64,000 nucleotides of DNA from Gammaproteobacteria bacterium. GTDB lineage: Bacteria; Pseudomonadota; Gammaproteobacteria; Eutrophobiales; Eutrophobiaceae. A model generated the notes under the pieces. The model made no database searches. It saw nothing but the letters and a program-made list of their open reading frames with translations, and was not told where the DNA came from. The position numbers and the translations under genes were made by a program. Of this stretch, positions 42,967-52,779 are shown piece by piece. How positions within the stretch are numbered: position 1 is the first letter of the stretch; each line of letters opens with the position of its first letter. The stretch covers positions 3,808,001-3,872,000 of the forward strand of contig OZ220696.1 of assembly GCA_965116495.1 (NCBI GenBank), in the 5' to 3' direction.

Positions 42967-43599
42967 ATGAAAAAACAGCATTCGATAACCCTGTTGATCG
43001 CTGGCCTGGTGTTTTGCGGCGCCTGCTCAACCGTGCAGCATGCGCCTGTTGAAGACAGGCAGGAGACAGACATCGAAACGGATGGCGCGGTCTGGGACGA
43101 CGAGCCCGCAACACCCGCTGCGGACAAATCCGCCGGGAGCGGATTTGGACGTCCGGAGGACGCCCGCCGGGAGCGCGCCATGGATGGCGCACATCACAAA
43201 TCCGCCGGGAGCGGATTTGGACATCCGGATGATGCCACCGGTGCATGGATAGACTTGCCCCAGCCGGGAGAGCCGCAGACACCGGCAGAAGTCGAAACGG
43301 AAGCGTTGGCGGAACCGGGACGGCTCAGCGAAAATCCCGCCGTGATTGCCCTGCTGGATGATACGGACCTCAGGCTCAGCCAGGGCGATGCAGAGCGGGC
43401 CGCCAGTTCCATTGAACGGGCGTTGCGACTGGAGCCCGGGAACCCCTGGCTGTGGCATCGCCTAGCGGTGCTGCGGTTTCGGCAAGGGGAGTGGCGCCAG
43501 GCGATTGCCCTGGCGGAAAAATCGAATTCCCTGTCGGTCAGGCACCCGGAAATACGCAAGGCCAATGCTGAATTGATAAGACGTGCGGAAAAAAGATGA
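42967..43599 (+). CDS. TPR lipoprotein (LpoP-like position) with inserted repeat
   Basis: Lipobox CGAC; AASSIERALRLEPGNPWLWHRLA TPR; follows mrcB. Confidence 0.8.
   Translation: MKKQHSITLLIAGLVFCGACSTVQHAPVEDRQETDIETDGAVWDDEPATPAADKSAGSGFGRPEDARRERAMDGAHHKSAGSGFGHPDDATGAWIDLPQPGEPQTPAEVETEALAEPGRLSENPAVIALLDDTDLRLSQGDAERAASSIERALRLEPGNPWLWHRLAVLRFRQGEWRQAIALAEKSNSLSVRHPEIRKANAELIRRAEKR
43112..43236 (+). repeat. 72-bp-period palindromic repeat in frame inside a CDS
   Basis: ACAAATCCGCCGGGAGCGGATTTGGAC at 43124 and 43196. Confidence 0.85.
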
Positions 43600-43619
43600 C
43601 GGAGCACAGGTATAGTGAC

Positions 43620-43648
43620 TTGAAAAAAATATCCTGATGTTCTAATAT
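43620..43648 (+). promoter_or_regulatory. Sigma70 promoter of tRNA-fMet
   Basis: TTGAAA-17 bp-TAATAT just upstream of the tRNA. Confidence 0.55.
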
Positions 43649-43660
43649 CGGAAATTCGAT

Positions 43661-43737
43661 TGCGGGGTGGAGCAGTCTGGCAGCTCGTCGGGCTCATAAC
43701 CCGAAGGTCGCAGGTTCAAATCCTGCCCCCGCTACCA
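43661..43737 (+). tRNA. Initiator tRNA-fMet (CAT)
   Basis: 77-nt cloverleaf, GGG/CCC anticodon stem, unpaired U1/U72, encoded CCA; metY-like position. Confidence 0.97.
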
Positions 43738-43829
43738 GTTATCGAGGAGAGCATAATCAGGGATTAAAAAAGGGGGCCGAAACCGGTATCGTGACAGCGG
43801 GTAATGATAGCGGTCGGATGGTTTTTTTG

Positions 43830-43858
43830 AAGTGGGCTTTATGCCCACTTTTTGTTTT
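43830..43858 (+). terminator. rimP leader hairpin/terminator
   Basis: AAGTGGGC-TTTAT-GCCCACTT-TTTGTTTT. Confidence 0.75.
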
Positions 43859-43900
43859 AGACCTCGGCAATCCCGGGCTGGAACCGGCCTTGGTGAGAAT

Positions 43901-44359
43901 GTGTACAAACAAAGCGTGAACCTGGATTCATTATTAGCACCCGTGGTTGTGGACATGGGGTATGTGTGCTGGGGAATTGAACATTTGAGACAAGGCCGCA
44001 CTTCGCTGCTGCGCATCTATATCGATAGTGAATCAGGCATTACCCTGGAAGATTGTGCAAGAGTGAGCAGCCGGGTATCCGGCATACTGGATGTTGAAGA
44101 CCCAATCGCCGGTGAGTACCAGCTGGAAGTATCATCGCCTGGTTTGGACCGGTTGCTGTTTACCCCGGCCCAGTATGAACAATTTATTGGAGAGACCGTA
44201 AAAATAAGTTTATCCAGGACCTATGAGATGCGTAAACGCATTACGGGCCGGATTCAGGGAGTAGCCGGAAACACGGTGATCCTGGATGAGGAGGGCAAGG
44301 AATTCCAGATACCTCTGGATGTAATAGACAGGGCAAGGATAGTCCCTCGGGAGTATTAG
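43901..44359 (+). CDS. rimP: Ribosome maturation factor RimP
   Basis: LRIYID, LDVEDPI, LEVSSPGLDR; probable GTG start. Confidence 0.95.
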   Translation: MYKQSVNLDSLLAPVVVDMGYVCWGIEHLRQGRTSLLRIYIDSESGITLEDCARVSSRVSGILDVEDPIAGEYQLEVSSPGLDRLLFTPAQYEQFIGETVKISLSRTYEMRKRITGRIQGVAGNTVILDEEGKEFQIPLDVIDRARIVPREY

Positions 44360-44363
44360 AATT

Positions 44364-45875
44364 ATGTCAATGAATAAAGAAATTTTGATGGTGGTCGACG
44401 TGGTGTCCAATGAAAAAGGCGTCGCCAAGGGCATCATATTTGAAGCCATTGAAGCAGCATTGGCCAGCGCAACGAAAAAGCGTTCGCGTGAAGATATCGA
44501 AGTGCGCGTCGCCATCGACCATGAGACGGGCGACTATGAAACGTTCCGGCAATGGGAAGTGGTTGAAGATGACACTGAACCGCTTGAGTTTCCCACGCGC
44601 CAGATCTTCCTGTCTGACGCCGCGGCGAAAGAAACGGATATAGAGGCGGGAGATTTTATCGAGGAGCCCATGAAGTCGGTCGAGTTCGGCCGGATCGCTG
44701 CGCAAAGCGCAAAACAGGTGATCATGCAGAAGGTCCGGGAAGCTGAGCGTAAACAGGTTTACGACGCGTATATCGACCGGGTTGGCGAGATGGTCATCGG
44801 TTTCGTGAAGAAGGTGGAAAGAGGCAATATCATCATGGACCTGGGGGGTAATGCGGAAGGATTTGTACCGAGGGACGAGATGATACCCAGGGAAGCGGTC
44901 AGGCCGAGGGATCAGATCCGGGCGTACCTGCGCGAAGTGAAGCCTGAAAACAGGGGGCCGCAACTGTTTCTGAGTCGGACGGCCCCGGAACTGCTGATTG
45001 AACTGTTTAAAATCGAGGTGCCGGAGATTAACGAAGGTCTTATAGAGATAATCAACGGCGCGCGCGACCCGGGTTCCCGGGCTAAAATTGCGGTCAAAGC
45101 CAACGATCCCAGGATCGACCCGATTGGCGCATGCGTCGGGATGAGAGGTTCAAGGGTGCAGGCGGTCTCCAATGCACTGGGCGGAGAACGCGTCGATATC
45201 ATACCCTGGGACGAAAACCCCGCGCAATTTGTCATCAATGCCATGGCGCCGGCTGAAGTGGTATCGATACTGGTCGATGAGGACAGCCACAGCATGGACG
45301 TTGCGGTGTCTGAAGAGAACCTGTCGCAGGCGATCGGCCGCGGCGGCCAGAATGTCAAGCTCGCCAGCGAACTGACGCGTTGGGAACTGAATGTCATGTC
45401 GGTTGAGCAGGCGGAACAGAAGACTGAGGCCGAGTCCCAGACGCTGCAGCAGATGTTTATGGAAGAACTGGACGTGGATGAGGAAATCGCAGTCATCCTC
45501 GTGCAGGAAGGATTTTCCAGTGTTGAGGAAATAGCGTATGTGCCTGAAAATGAGATGGTGGATATAGATGAGTTTGACGAAGGGCTGATAACGGAATTGC
45601 GCGGCCGCGCCCGGGATATCATGCTGACCCGCGCCATCGTCAACGAGGAAAAACTGGTGGATGTCAAACCGGCAGACGACCTGCTGGAAATGGAGGGCAT
45701 GGATGAGGCACTGGCTTATGAACTGGCCGTGCGAGGCGTCGTCACCATGGAAGACCTGGCAGAACAATCGGTGGACGAACTGCTTGAAATTGAAGGCTTG
45801 GATAAAGTCCGGGCAGGTGATTTGATAATGACTGCGCGTATTCCCTGGTTTATAGAGGAAGAAATCAACGGTTAG
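44364..45875 (+). CDS. nusA: Transcription factor NusA
   Basis: FGRIAAQSAKQVI, ARDPGSRAK, AIGRGGQNV. Confidence 0.98.
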   Translation: MSMNKEILMVVDVVSNEKGVAKGIIFEAIEAALASATKKRSREDIEVRVAIDHETGDYETFRQWEVVEDDTEPLEFPTRQIFLSDAAAKETDIEAGDFIEEPMKSVEFGRIAAQSAKQVIMQKVREAERKQVYDAYIDRVGEMVIGFVKKVERGNIIMDLGGNAEGFVPRDEMIPREAVRPRDQIRAYLREVKPENRGPQLFLSRTAPELLIELFKIEVPEINEGLIEIINGARDPGSRAKIAVKANDPRIDPIGACVGMRGSRVQAVSNALGGERVDIIPWDENPAQFVINAMAPAEVVSILVDEDSHSMDVAVSEENLSQAIGRGGQNVKLASELTRWELNVMSVEQAEQKTEAESQTLQQMFMEELDVDEEIAVILVQEGFSSVEEIAYVPENEMVDIDEFDEGLITELRGRARDIMLTRAIVNEEKLVDVKPADDLLEMEGMDEALAYELAVRGVVTMEDLAEQSVDELLEIEGLDKVRAGDLIMTARIPWFIEEEING

Positions 45876-45879
45876 AGTA

Positions 45880-46010
45880 TAGCTCGTATTTCTTGCCAGG
45901 GCGCATCAAGCGCAGCTAGTAAGAGCGTGATAGTAAAGAATGTATATTAACTTATTGACAAAGAATGAATATCAGGCGGCATCCAGCGGCCTGGTAAGAA
46001 ATGCGAGCTA
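45880..46010. mobile_element. MITE of the 40470 TIR family
   Basis: TAGCTCGTATTTCTTGCCAGG / CCTGGTAAGAAATGCGAGCTA; GGGCGCATCAAGCGCAG shared (inverted) with 62683-62699. Confidence 0.8.
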
Positions 46011-46015
46011 AATAT

Positions 46016-48571
46016 ATGCCTGAAGTAACGGTAAAACAGTATGCAGAGGTTATCCAGATACCGGTAGAAAGGTTGCTTGAGCAACTTGAGGAAGCCGGTC
46101 TGGCGGGCAAGTCTGCGGATGACTCGATTTCCGATAATGAAAAGACGGAACTGCTTGGTTACCTGCGGCGCAAACATGGAAAAGAGAACCGGGCAGGACC
46201 GGAGCGGATAACCCTGAGAAGGAAAACCCTCAGTGAGATCAAAATGCCTGCCACCGGCGCGGGCAGCCGCAGCAAGATACGCTCGAAAACCGTAAGTGTG
46301 GAGGTCAGAAAACGCCGGACCTACATCAAGCGCAGCGTAATAGAGGAAGAAGCCCTGAAAAGGGCGCAGGAGATCGAAGAGCAGCAGGCAAAGGCGGAAG
46401 CGGAAGAGCAAGCCCGGCGCGAGGCGGAGCAGGAAGCAACCGCAAAACTGGAAGAGCAGGCGGCGCCGGAAGAAAGTCCGCAGCCGGATGTCCCGGCGGA
46501 AACCGAATCCGGGCAGGCCGGGGAAGCTGCCGGCGTTTCCGGGCCGGAACCTGAGGAAGAAACTCTCACGTACGATTTGCAGGAGGAAGAGACGCCGCAA
46601 TCCCGTGAGGATGTTGCCGAACAGCAGGCTGACGCCGCTCCTGAATTACCTGCAGAACCCTCGCCGCCAGCGGCGGAGAAGGAAAAACCCGCCCGCATTC
46701 ATCGCGAGGAATTACATGTCGCTTCCGGTAAATCCGGCCGTAGAAAGAAAAAGCAAAGAACCAGGCAGGTAGTCAAAAGACCTCCGCAGCACGGGTTTGA
46801 AAAGCCGACTGCGCCTATCGTGCGCGAAGTGGAGATACCGGAAAGTATCACGGTTTCCGAGTTGGCCCAACGGATGTCAGTAAAGAGCACCGAGGTCATC
46901 AAGGCGATGATGAACCTGGGTAGTATGGTTACCATCAACCAGATGATCGACCAGGAAACGGCTGCCATCGTTGCGGAGGAAATGGGTCATAAAGCCAAAA
47001 TGCTCAAGGAAAACGCACTGGAAGAGGAAATCATGCAATCGGGCCGTATCGGGGGGCATGAAACTTCCCGCGCACCGGTGGTGACAATCATGGGCCATGT
47101 CGACCATGGCAAGACATCCTTGCTCGATTTTATCAGGCGCAGCAAGGTTGCCGCGGGGGAAGCAGGGGGCGTGACCCAGCACATCGGCGCCTACAGCGTA
47201 AAGACGGAAAACGCCAATATTACTTTTCTGGATACGCCTGGGCATGAGGCGTTCACTGCAATGCGCGCGCGGGGAGCCAAGGTGACGGATATCGTTATCC
47301 TGGTGGTCGCCGCGGATGACGGTGTAATGCCGCAGACCGAAGAAGCCATACAACACGCCAGGGCGGGATCTGTTCCACTGATTGTCGCGATCAATAAAAT
47401 TGACAAGGCCGACGCCGATCCCGACCGGGTAAAACAGGAGTTATCCAAATTCGAGGTGATTCCCGAAGAGTGGGGCGGCGATACCATGTTTGTCGACCTT
47501 TCCGCCAAAACAGGAGAGGGGGTTGACAGCCTGCTCGACAGCATCTCGTTGCAGGCCGAAGTGTTGGAACTCAAGGCTGTGGCGGGCGGACCTGCTGCGG
47601 GCACGGTCATCGAGGCAAGGCTGGACAAGGGGAGGGGACCCGTCGCCACCGTACTGGTACAGAATGGAGCGTTGCAGAGGGGAGATATGATCCTTACCGG
47701 CCATGAATTCGGCCGGGTGCGCGCCATGCATGACGAAAACGCTGCCGAAGTGTCGGCAGCCGGTCCGTCAACCCCGGTAGAAGTCCTGGGCCTGTCAGGC
47801 ACGCCCAAGGCCGGTGACGATATGATAGTCGTGCCCGACGAACGCAAGGCCAGGGAAATTGCGCTGTTTCGCCAGGGCAAATACAGGGAAGTCAAACTGG
47901 CAAAACAACAGGCATCCAAGGCAAAGGATGCAATCACCCGGATGAATGACGCCGACGGCGTTTCGGTAAACGTTCTTATCAAGACAGACGTCCAGGGTTC
48001 GGCAGAAGCCTTGTCGGAGGCGCTGCAGAAACTGTCCGGGGATGAAGTTGCGGTCAACATCATCAGCACCGGCGTCGGCGGCATAACGGAATCGGATATA
48101 AACCTGGCGTTGGCTTCAAACGGCAAGGTAATCGGGTTTAACGTACGGGTGGACGGCGCGGCCAGAAAACTGGTTGATGAAGAAGGCGTGGATTTGCGTT
48201 ATTACAGTGTCATCTATGATGTTATCGATGACGTGAAGGCGGCGATTAACGGTTTGTTGTCACCGGAAGTGAGGGAGCAGATCGTCGGTATCGCAGAAGT
48301 AAAAGAGGTCTTCCGTTCGCCCGCTTTCGGGGAGATCGCCGGGTGTATCGTGTCCAGCGGCCTGGTGCGCAAGGCCAATCCGATACGGGTACTGCGGGAC
48401 AATGTAGTCGTCTACGAGGGACAACTCGAGTCGTTGCGGCGTTTCAAGGATGATGTGAACGAGGTCAAATCCGGTACTGAGTGCGGCATCGGTGTGAAAA
48501 ATTACAACGATGTAAAAGCGGGCGACCAGATCGAAGTATTTGAACGGATCGAAGTCGAACGCAATATTTGA
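46016..48571 (+). CDS. infB: Translation initiation factor IF-2
   Basis: [20 protein letters not shown]; a further in-frame ATG at 46001. Confidence 0.98.
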   Translation: MPEVTVKQYAEVIQIPVERLLEQLEEAGLAGKSADDSISDNEKTELLGYLRRKHGKENRAGPERITLRRKTLSEIKMPATGAGSRSKIRSKTVSVEVRKRRTYIKRSVIEEEALKRAQEIEEQQAKAEAEEQARREAEQEATAKLEEQAAPEESPQPDVPAETESGQAGEAAGVSGPEPEEETLTYDLQEEETPQSREDVAEQQADAAPELPAEPSPPAAEKEKPARIHREELHVASGKSGRRKKKQRTRQVVKRPPQHGFEKPTAPIVREVEIPESITVSELAQRMSVKSTEVIKAMMNLGSMVTINQMIDQETAAIVAEEMGHKAKMLKENALEEEIMQSGRIGGHETSRAPVVTIMGHVDHGKTSLLDFIRRSKVAAGEAGGVTQHIGAYSVKTENANITFLDTPGHEAFTAMRARGAKVTDIVILVVAADDGVMPQTEEAIQHARAGSVPLIVAINKIDKADADPDRVKQELSKFEVIPEEWGGDTMFVDLSAKTGEGVDSLLDSISLQAEVLELKAVAGGPAAGTVIEARLDKGRGPVATVLVQNGALQRGDMILTGHEFGRVRAMHDENAAEVSAAGPSTPVEVLGLSGTPKAGDDMIVVPDERKAREIALFRQGKYREVKLAKQQASKAKDAITRMNDADGVSVNVLIKTDVQGSAEALSEALQKLSGDEVAVNIISTGVGGITESDINLALASNGKVIGFNVRVDGAARKLVDEEGVDLRYYSVIYDVIDDVKAAINGLLSPEVREQIVGIAEVKEVFRSPAFGEIAGCIVSSGLVRKANPIRVLRDNVVVYEGQLESLRRFKDDVNEVKSGTECGIGVKNYNDVKAGDQIEVFERIEVERNI

Positions 48572-48578
48572 GGAGGAC

Positions 48579-48780
48579 AATTACGAATTACGAATTAAGA
48601 ATTAGGAATTACGAATTGGGGGTGTTACGCCACTGAGAGCCTTGATCCAGCTTGGACAAGGCCAGCGACGCATTGATAAACAGCCGCCACATGCGGTACA
48701 TTCATTCCTGATTGCTAACTCCTAATTCTTAATTCCTAATTCGTAATTCCTAACTCGTAATTGATAATTCGTAATTGATA
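48579..48780. repeat. Inverted heptamer arrays flanking a unique spacer
   Basis: GAATTAN units at 48579-48619; longer inverted array at about 48704-48780 abutting the rbfA ATG. Confidence 0.9.
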
Positions 48781-49137
48781 ATGGCGCGTGAGTACGGTCG
48801 GAACCAGCGCGTTGCAGACTTGCTGCAACGCGAGGTCGCGTTACTGTTGCAAAAGGAGATGTCGATCGGGGAAGCAGGTCTGATTACAATATCGTATGTC
48901 GACGTCAGCCCCGACCTCAGAAATGCCGGCATTTATTTTACCTGTCTGCAGCCCACCTGCACCGAGGAGGCCATCGTGGATTTACTGAATGAAAGAGCCG
49001 GGCACTTCCGCCACCTGCTGGCGCAGGTCCTGCCGTTGCGGGCAGTACCGCAACTGGCTTTCCACTTCGACCACGCCCTCGATCGTGCAAACCGCTTGAC
49101 GGAACTGATTGATTCCGTCAACCAGACAAAAATATGA
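48781..49137 (+). CDS. rbfA: Ribosome-binding factor A
   Basis: RNQRVAD, VDVSPDLR, VPQLAFHFD; synteny. Confidence 0.95.
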   Translation: MAREYGRNQRVADLLQREVALLLQKEMSIGEAGLITISYVDVSPDLRNAGIYFTCLQPTCTEEAIVDLLNERAGHFRHLLAQVLPLRAVPQLAFHFDHALDRANRLTELIDSVNQTKI

Positions 49138-49144
49138 AGGGAAC

Positions 49145-49242
49145 AAAATTTAAGGGGTCAGAGTAAAATTATTTGATATGTGGCGTTTAACTATGGATCA
49201 CGACAATTTTACTCTGACCCCTTAAATTTTTACTCTGACCCC
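49145..49242. repeat. GGGGTCAGAGTAAAATT REP-like doublet plus extra unit
   Basis: 26-bp inverted repeat 49145-49170/49205-49230; third TTTACTCTGACCCC. Confidence 0.85.
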
Positions 49243-49254
49243 GGATATCATGAG

Positions 49255-50178
49255 ATGAGAAACAGGGGGAGGGCTAAAGGCCGCAACGTCACAGGTATCC
49301 TGCTGCTGGATAAGCCGGTGGGATTGACTTCCAATGCCGCGTTGCAACAAGTGAAGTCCCTGTACCGGGCGAAAAAGGCAGGACATACCGGCAGCCTGGA
49401 TAAGGCCGCGACCGGCCTGTTGCCGTTGTGCTTTGGCGAGGCGACGAAATTTTCCGGTTTTTTGCTGAATTCAGATAAACATTACCGCACCATCTTTCAG
49501 CTTGGCATCCAGACCAGCACCGGCGATGCAGAGGGTGAGGTCGTTTTTCGGGGTGAACTGAAGAATCTGTCGCGTAAGCGCGTTGAAACGGTGTTGACAC
49601 GGTTTCAGGGTGCAATCATGCAAACCCCCCCCATGTATTCGGCGCTGAAACATAAGGGACAGCGGTTGTATAAACTGGCTCACCAGGGGCTGGAGGTGGA
49701 TAGAGAACCCCGGGAAATCACCGTGCACAGCATAATCCTGCTTGATTACCGGGATGACGAACTGGAACTGGAGATATTGTGTTCCAAAGGCACGTATATC
49801 CGCACACTGGCTGAAGATATCGGCAAGGAACTGGGCTGTGGGGCGCACGTGAAATCCCTGAGGCGCATCGGCGTAGGGCCTTATTCCGATAAAAACATGC
49901 TGACCATGTCCGAACTGGAAAGCATTGCCGAAACCGGACTGCCCGCCCTGGATGCCGAACTGCTGGAAATCGATTCCGTCCTGCAGGATATGCCGTCCAT
50001 CCACCTGGTCGACGCCGTTGTCTATTACCTGTGCCAGGGTCAGCCGGTCATGGTGCCCAGGGCGCCGACCCGTGGCATGTTACGAGTCTACACTGAGGCA
50101 GGGCGTTTTCTGGGGGTGGGTGAGGTGCTCGAGGATGGACGCGTGGCGCCGAAACGGCTGGTGGTGTCCGGGAAATAA
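49255..50178 (+). CDS. truB: tRNA pseudouridine-55 synthase
   Basis: GHTGSLD, PPMYSALK, CSKGTYIRTL. Confidence 0.97.
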   Translation: MRNRGRAKGRNVTGILLLDKPVGLTSNAALQQVKSLYRAKKAGHTGSLDKAATGLLPLCFGEATKFSGFLLNSDKHYRTIFQLGIQTSTGDAEGEVVFRGELKNLSRKRVETVLTRFQGAIMQTPPMYSALKHKGQRLYKLAHQGLEVDREPREITVHSIILLDYRDDELELEILCSKGTYIRTLAEDIGKELGCGAHVKSLRRIGVGPYSDKNMLTMSELESIAETGLPALDAELLEIDSVLQDMPSIHLVDAVVYYLCQGQPVMVPRAPTRGMLRVYTEAGRFLGVGEVLEDGRVAPKRLVVSGK

Positions 50179-50209
50179 TCATTATTAAATGTTTTTCCCA
50201 ACATTTCTC

Positions 50210-50238
50210 TTGTCAGTCGCTGTCAGCGTGGGTACAAT
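50210..50238 (+). promoter_or_regulatory. Sigma70 promoter of rpsO
   Basis: TTGTCA-17 bp-TACAAT. Confidence 0.6.
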
Positions 50239-50278
50239 ACGCACGCTTTTTAGAAGATTGGACAGGAGAATACTCACA

Positions 50279-50548
50279 ATGCCATTAAATCAGCAGCACA
50301 AAGCTGATATCTTAGACAAGTATCAACGGTCATCCGCTGATACGGGGTCGCCCGAGGTCCAGGTGGCATTATTGACTGCGCGCATTACTGATTTATCGCA
50401 GCACTTTAAATTGCATTCCAAAGATCACCATTCACGCCAGGGTTTGTTGCGCATGGTTAATCAGCGCCGGAAACTGCTGAATTATTTAAAGAATAAAGAC
50501 GTAAACCGGTATCGGGAACTGATTGGTCGATTAGCCCTTAGAAAGTAA
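50279..50548 (+). CDS. rpsO: 30S ribosomal protein S15
   Basis: [19 protein letters not shown]. Confidence 0.98.
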   Translation: MPLNQQHKADILDKYQRSSADTGSPEVQVALLTARITDLSQHFKLHSKDHHSRQGLLRMVNQRRKLLNYLKNKDVNRYRELIGRLALRK

Positions 50549-50664
50549 TTGTCCAGGTAATCTTCGTTACCCGGCAACCCGGGAGTCCAGGGTTGTCGGC
50601 ATACTCCAATCCTTGTAGAGGCAGGTCATCTCAATTGTCAGTTAGATAAAAATCGGGAAAGATA

Positions 50665-52749
50665 ATGAACGTAGTTAAAAGAGAATTTCAGTATGGGAAT
50701 GTTGCGGTAACCCTGGAAACAGGCCGGATTGCCAGGCAGGCGAGCGGTGCAGTGATGGTAAGTATGGGGGATACGGTTGTATTGGTAGCTTGTGTGGCAA
50801 GTAAGGAAGCCAGGCCCGACCAGGGGTTTTTCCCGCTCACGGTGGATTACCAGGAAAAAACCTATGCGGCCGGGAAGATCCCCGGCGGTTTCTTCCGGCG
50901 CGAAGGGCGGCCGACGGAAAAAGAGGTGCTGACTTGCCGGCTGATTGACAGGCCGATACGCCCCCTGTTTCCAAAACAATTTAAAAATGAAGTCCAGATT
51001 ATCGCTACGGTCATGTCGCTGGACCCGGAGGTTGACCCCGATATCCCTGCCCTGATCGGCGCGTCGGCCGCGTTGGGGCTTTCCGGAGCACCGTTTAACG
51101 GACCCATCGGCGCCGCCCGGGTCGGTTACCGTGACGGCGAATACCTGCTTAACCCCAGCTATGGCGCCCTGTCCCAATCGGAACTGAACCTGGTGGTGGC
51201 CGGTACGGAATCCTCTGTCCTGATGGTTGAATCCGAAGCCGGGTTATTGTCGGAAGAAGTCATGCTGGGCGCGGTGATGTTCGGCCACGAGCAGTTGCAG
51301 ACCGTCATTGATAATATCCGGCAACTGGTTGCCGACGCCGGAACCAAACCCTGGGACTGGCAACCATCGGATGACGACAGCGAGTTGGAAGACGAAGTCA
51401 GCGACCTGTGTGCGGACCTGCTGCGCGAAGCCTATGCAATCCAGGACAAAATCAGCCGGCGGGAACGGTTGACTGAAATACGGGCCGAGGCGATCAGCAC
51501 GATCACGGCAAAGCACGAAGACAGATGGAGTGATCGGGACATCGGCGGGGCCGTTGAAGAATTGGAGAGCAGTATCGTCAGGGGGGCGATAGTTGCCGGA
51601 GAACCGCGCATCGACGGCAGGGATACTGCTACGGTAAGAGATATCAGCGTGGAAGCGGGCGTGTTGCCCAGGGCCCATGGTTCTGCCCTGTTTACCCGGG
51701 GTGAGACACAGGCCATCGTGACGGCTACCCTGGGCACGGACCGGGACGCACAGATCATCGATGCGATAGAAGGAGAGCACAAGGACCCGTTTATGCTCCA
51801 TTATAACTTCCCGCCTTATTGTGTCGGTGAAACCGGACGGGCAGGTTCACCCAAACGGCGCGAAATCGGCCACGGCAAGCTGGCCAAGCGCGCCTTGATG
51901 GCTGTCATGCCGGACCCGGATGACTTTCCTTATGCCTTACGGATTGTCTCCGAAATAACCGAATCGAACGGTTCCAGTTCCATGGCGTCAGTATGCGGCG
52001 CGAGCCTGTCATTGATGGACGCCGGTATCGAAATAAAGGCGCCGGTGGCCGGTATTGCCATGGGCCTGATAAAAGAAGGGGAAAAATTTGTAGTGTTGTC
52101 GGACATCATGGGCGATGAAGATCATCTTGGCGATATGGATTTCAAGGTGGCCGGCACCGAAGCCGGCATCAGCGCGCTGCAGATGGACATCAAGGTTGCA
52201 GGTATAACCAGGGAAATTATGGAAGTTGCCTTGTCCCAGGCCAGGGATGGGAGGCTGCATATCCTTGACAGGATGAATGCCGTACTCGGTGCGGCCCGCA
52301 CGGAGATGTCCGAACATGCCCCGCGTATTACCACCATCAAGATTCATCCGGACAAAATCAGGGACGTTATCGGCAAGGGCGGCTCCACAATACGCGCGAT
52401 CACGGATGAAACGGGCGCGGCTATCGATATCGATGATAGCGGCACCATCAAGATATATTCCAGTGACAAGACAGCCAGCGATGCCGCGCGTAAACGGATT
52501 GAAGACATAACGGAAGAGGTGGAAGTAGGAAAAATATACAAAGGAAGAGTGGCCAAGCTGATGGATTTCGGCGCGTTTGTCAATATCCTGCCGGGCAAGG
52601 ATGGTCTGGTACATATCTCGCAGATTTCAGAGGAGCGCGTGCAGAACGTCAGTGACAAGTTATCAGAAGGTGATTTTGTCAAGGTCAAGGTGCTTGAGAT
52701 CGACCGGCAGGGCAGGGTCCGTCTCAGCATGAAAGCAGTCAATGAATAA
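50665..52749 (+). CDS. pnp: Polynucleotide phosphorylase
   Basis: [32 protein letters not shown] and S1 domains. Confidence 0.98.
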   Translation: MNVVKREFQYGNVAVTLETGRIARQASGAVMVSMGDTVVLVACVASKEARPDQGFFPLTVDYQEKTYAAGKIPGGFFRREGRPTEKEVLTCRLIDRPIRPLFPKQFKNEVQIIATVMSLDPEVDPDIPALIGASAALGLSGAPFNGPIGAARVGYRDGEYLLNPSYGALSQSELNLVVAGTESSVLMVESEAGLLSEEVMLGAVMFGHEQLQTVIDNIRQLVADAGTKPWDWQPSDDDSELEDEVSDLCADLLREAYAIQDKISRRERLTEIRAEAISTITAKHEDRWSDRDIGGAVEELESSIVRGAIVAGEPRIDGRDTATVRDISVEAGVLPRAHGSALFTRGETQAIVTATLGTDRDAQIIDAIEGEHKDPFMLHYNFPPYCVGETGRAGSPKRREIGHGKLAKRALMAVMPDPDDFPYALRIVSEITESNGSSSMASVCGASLSLMDAGIEIKAPVAGIAMGLIKEGEKFVVLSDIMGDEDHLGDMDFKVAGTEAGISALQMDIKVAGITREIMEVALSQARDGRLHILDRMNAVLGAARTEMSEHAPRITTIKIHPDKIRDVIGKGGSTIRAITDETGAAIDIDDSGTIKIYSSDKTASDAARKRIEDITEEVEVGKIYKGRVAKLMDFGAFVNILPGKDGLVHISQISEERVQNVSDKLSEGDFVKVKVLEIDRQGRVRLSMKAVNE

Positions 52750-52779
52750 GGAGACGGGCATATTCCCCACGGCTGAATA

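Noticed and set aside
43738-43830. Island integration at tRNA-fMet
   Set aside because: Followed directly by the normal rimP leader; no duplicated tRNA 3' end noticed
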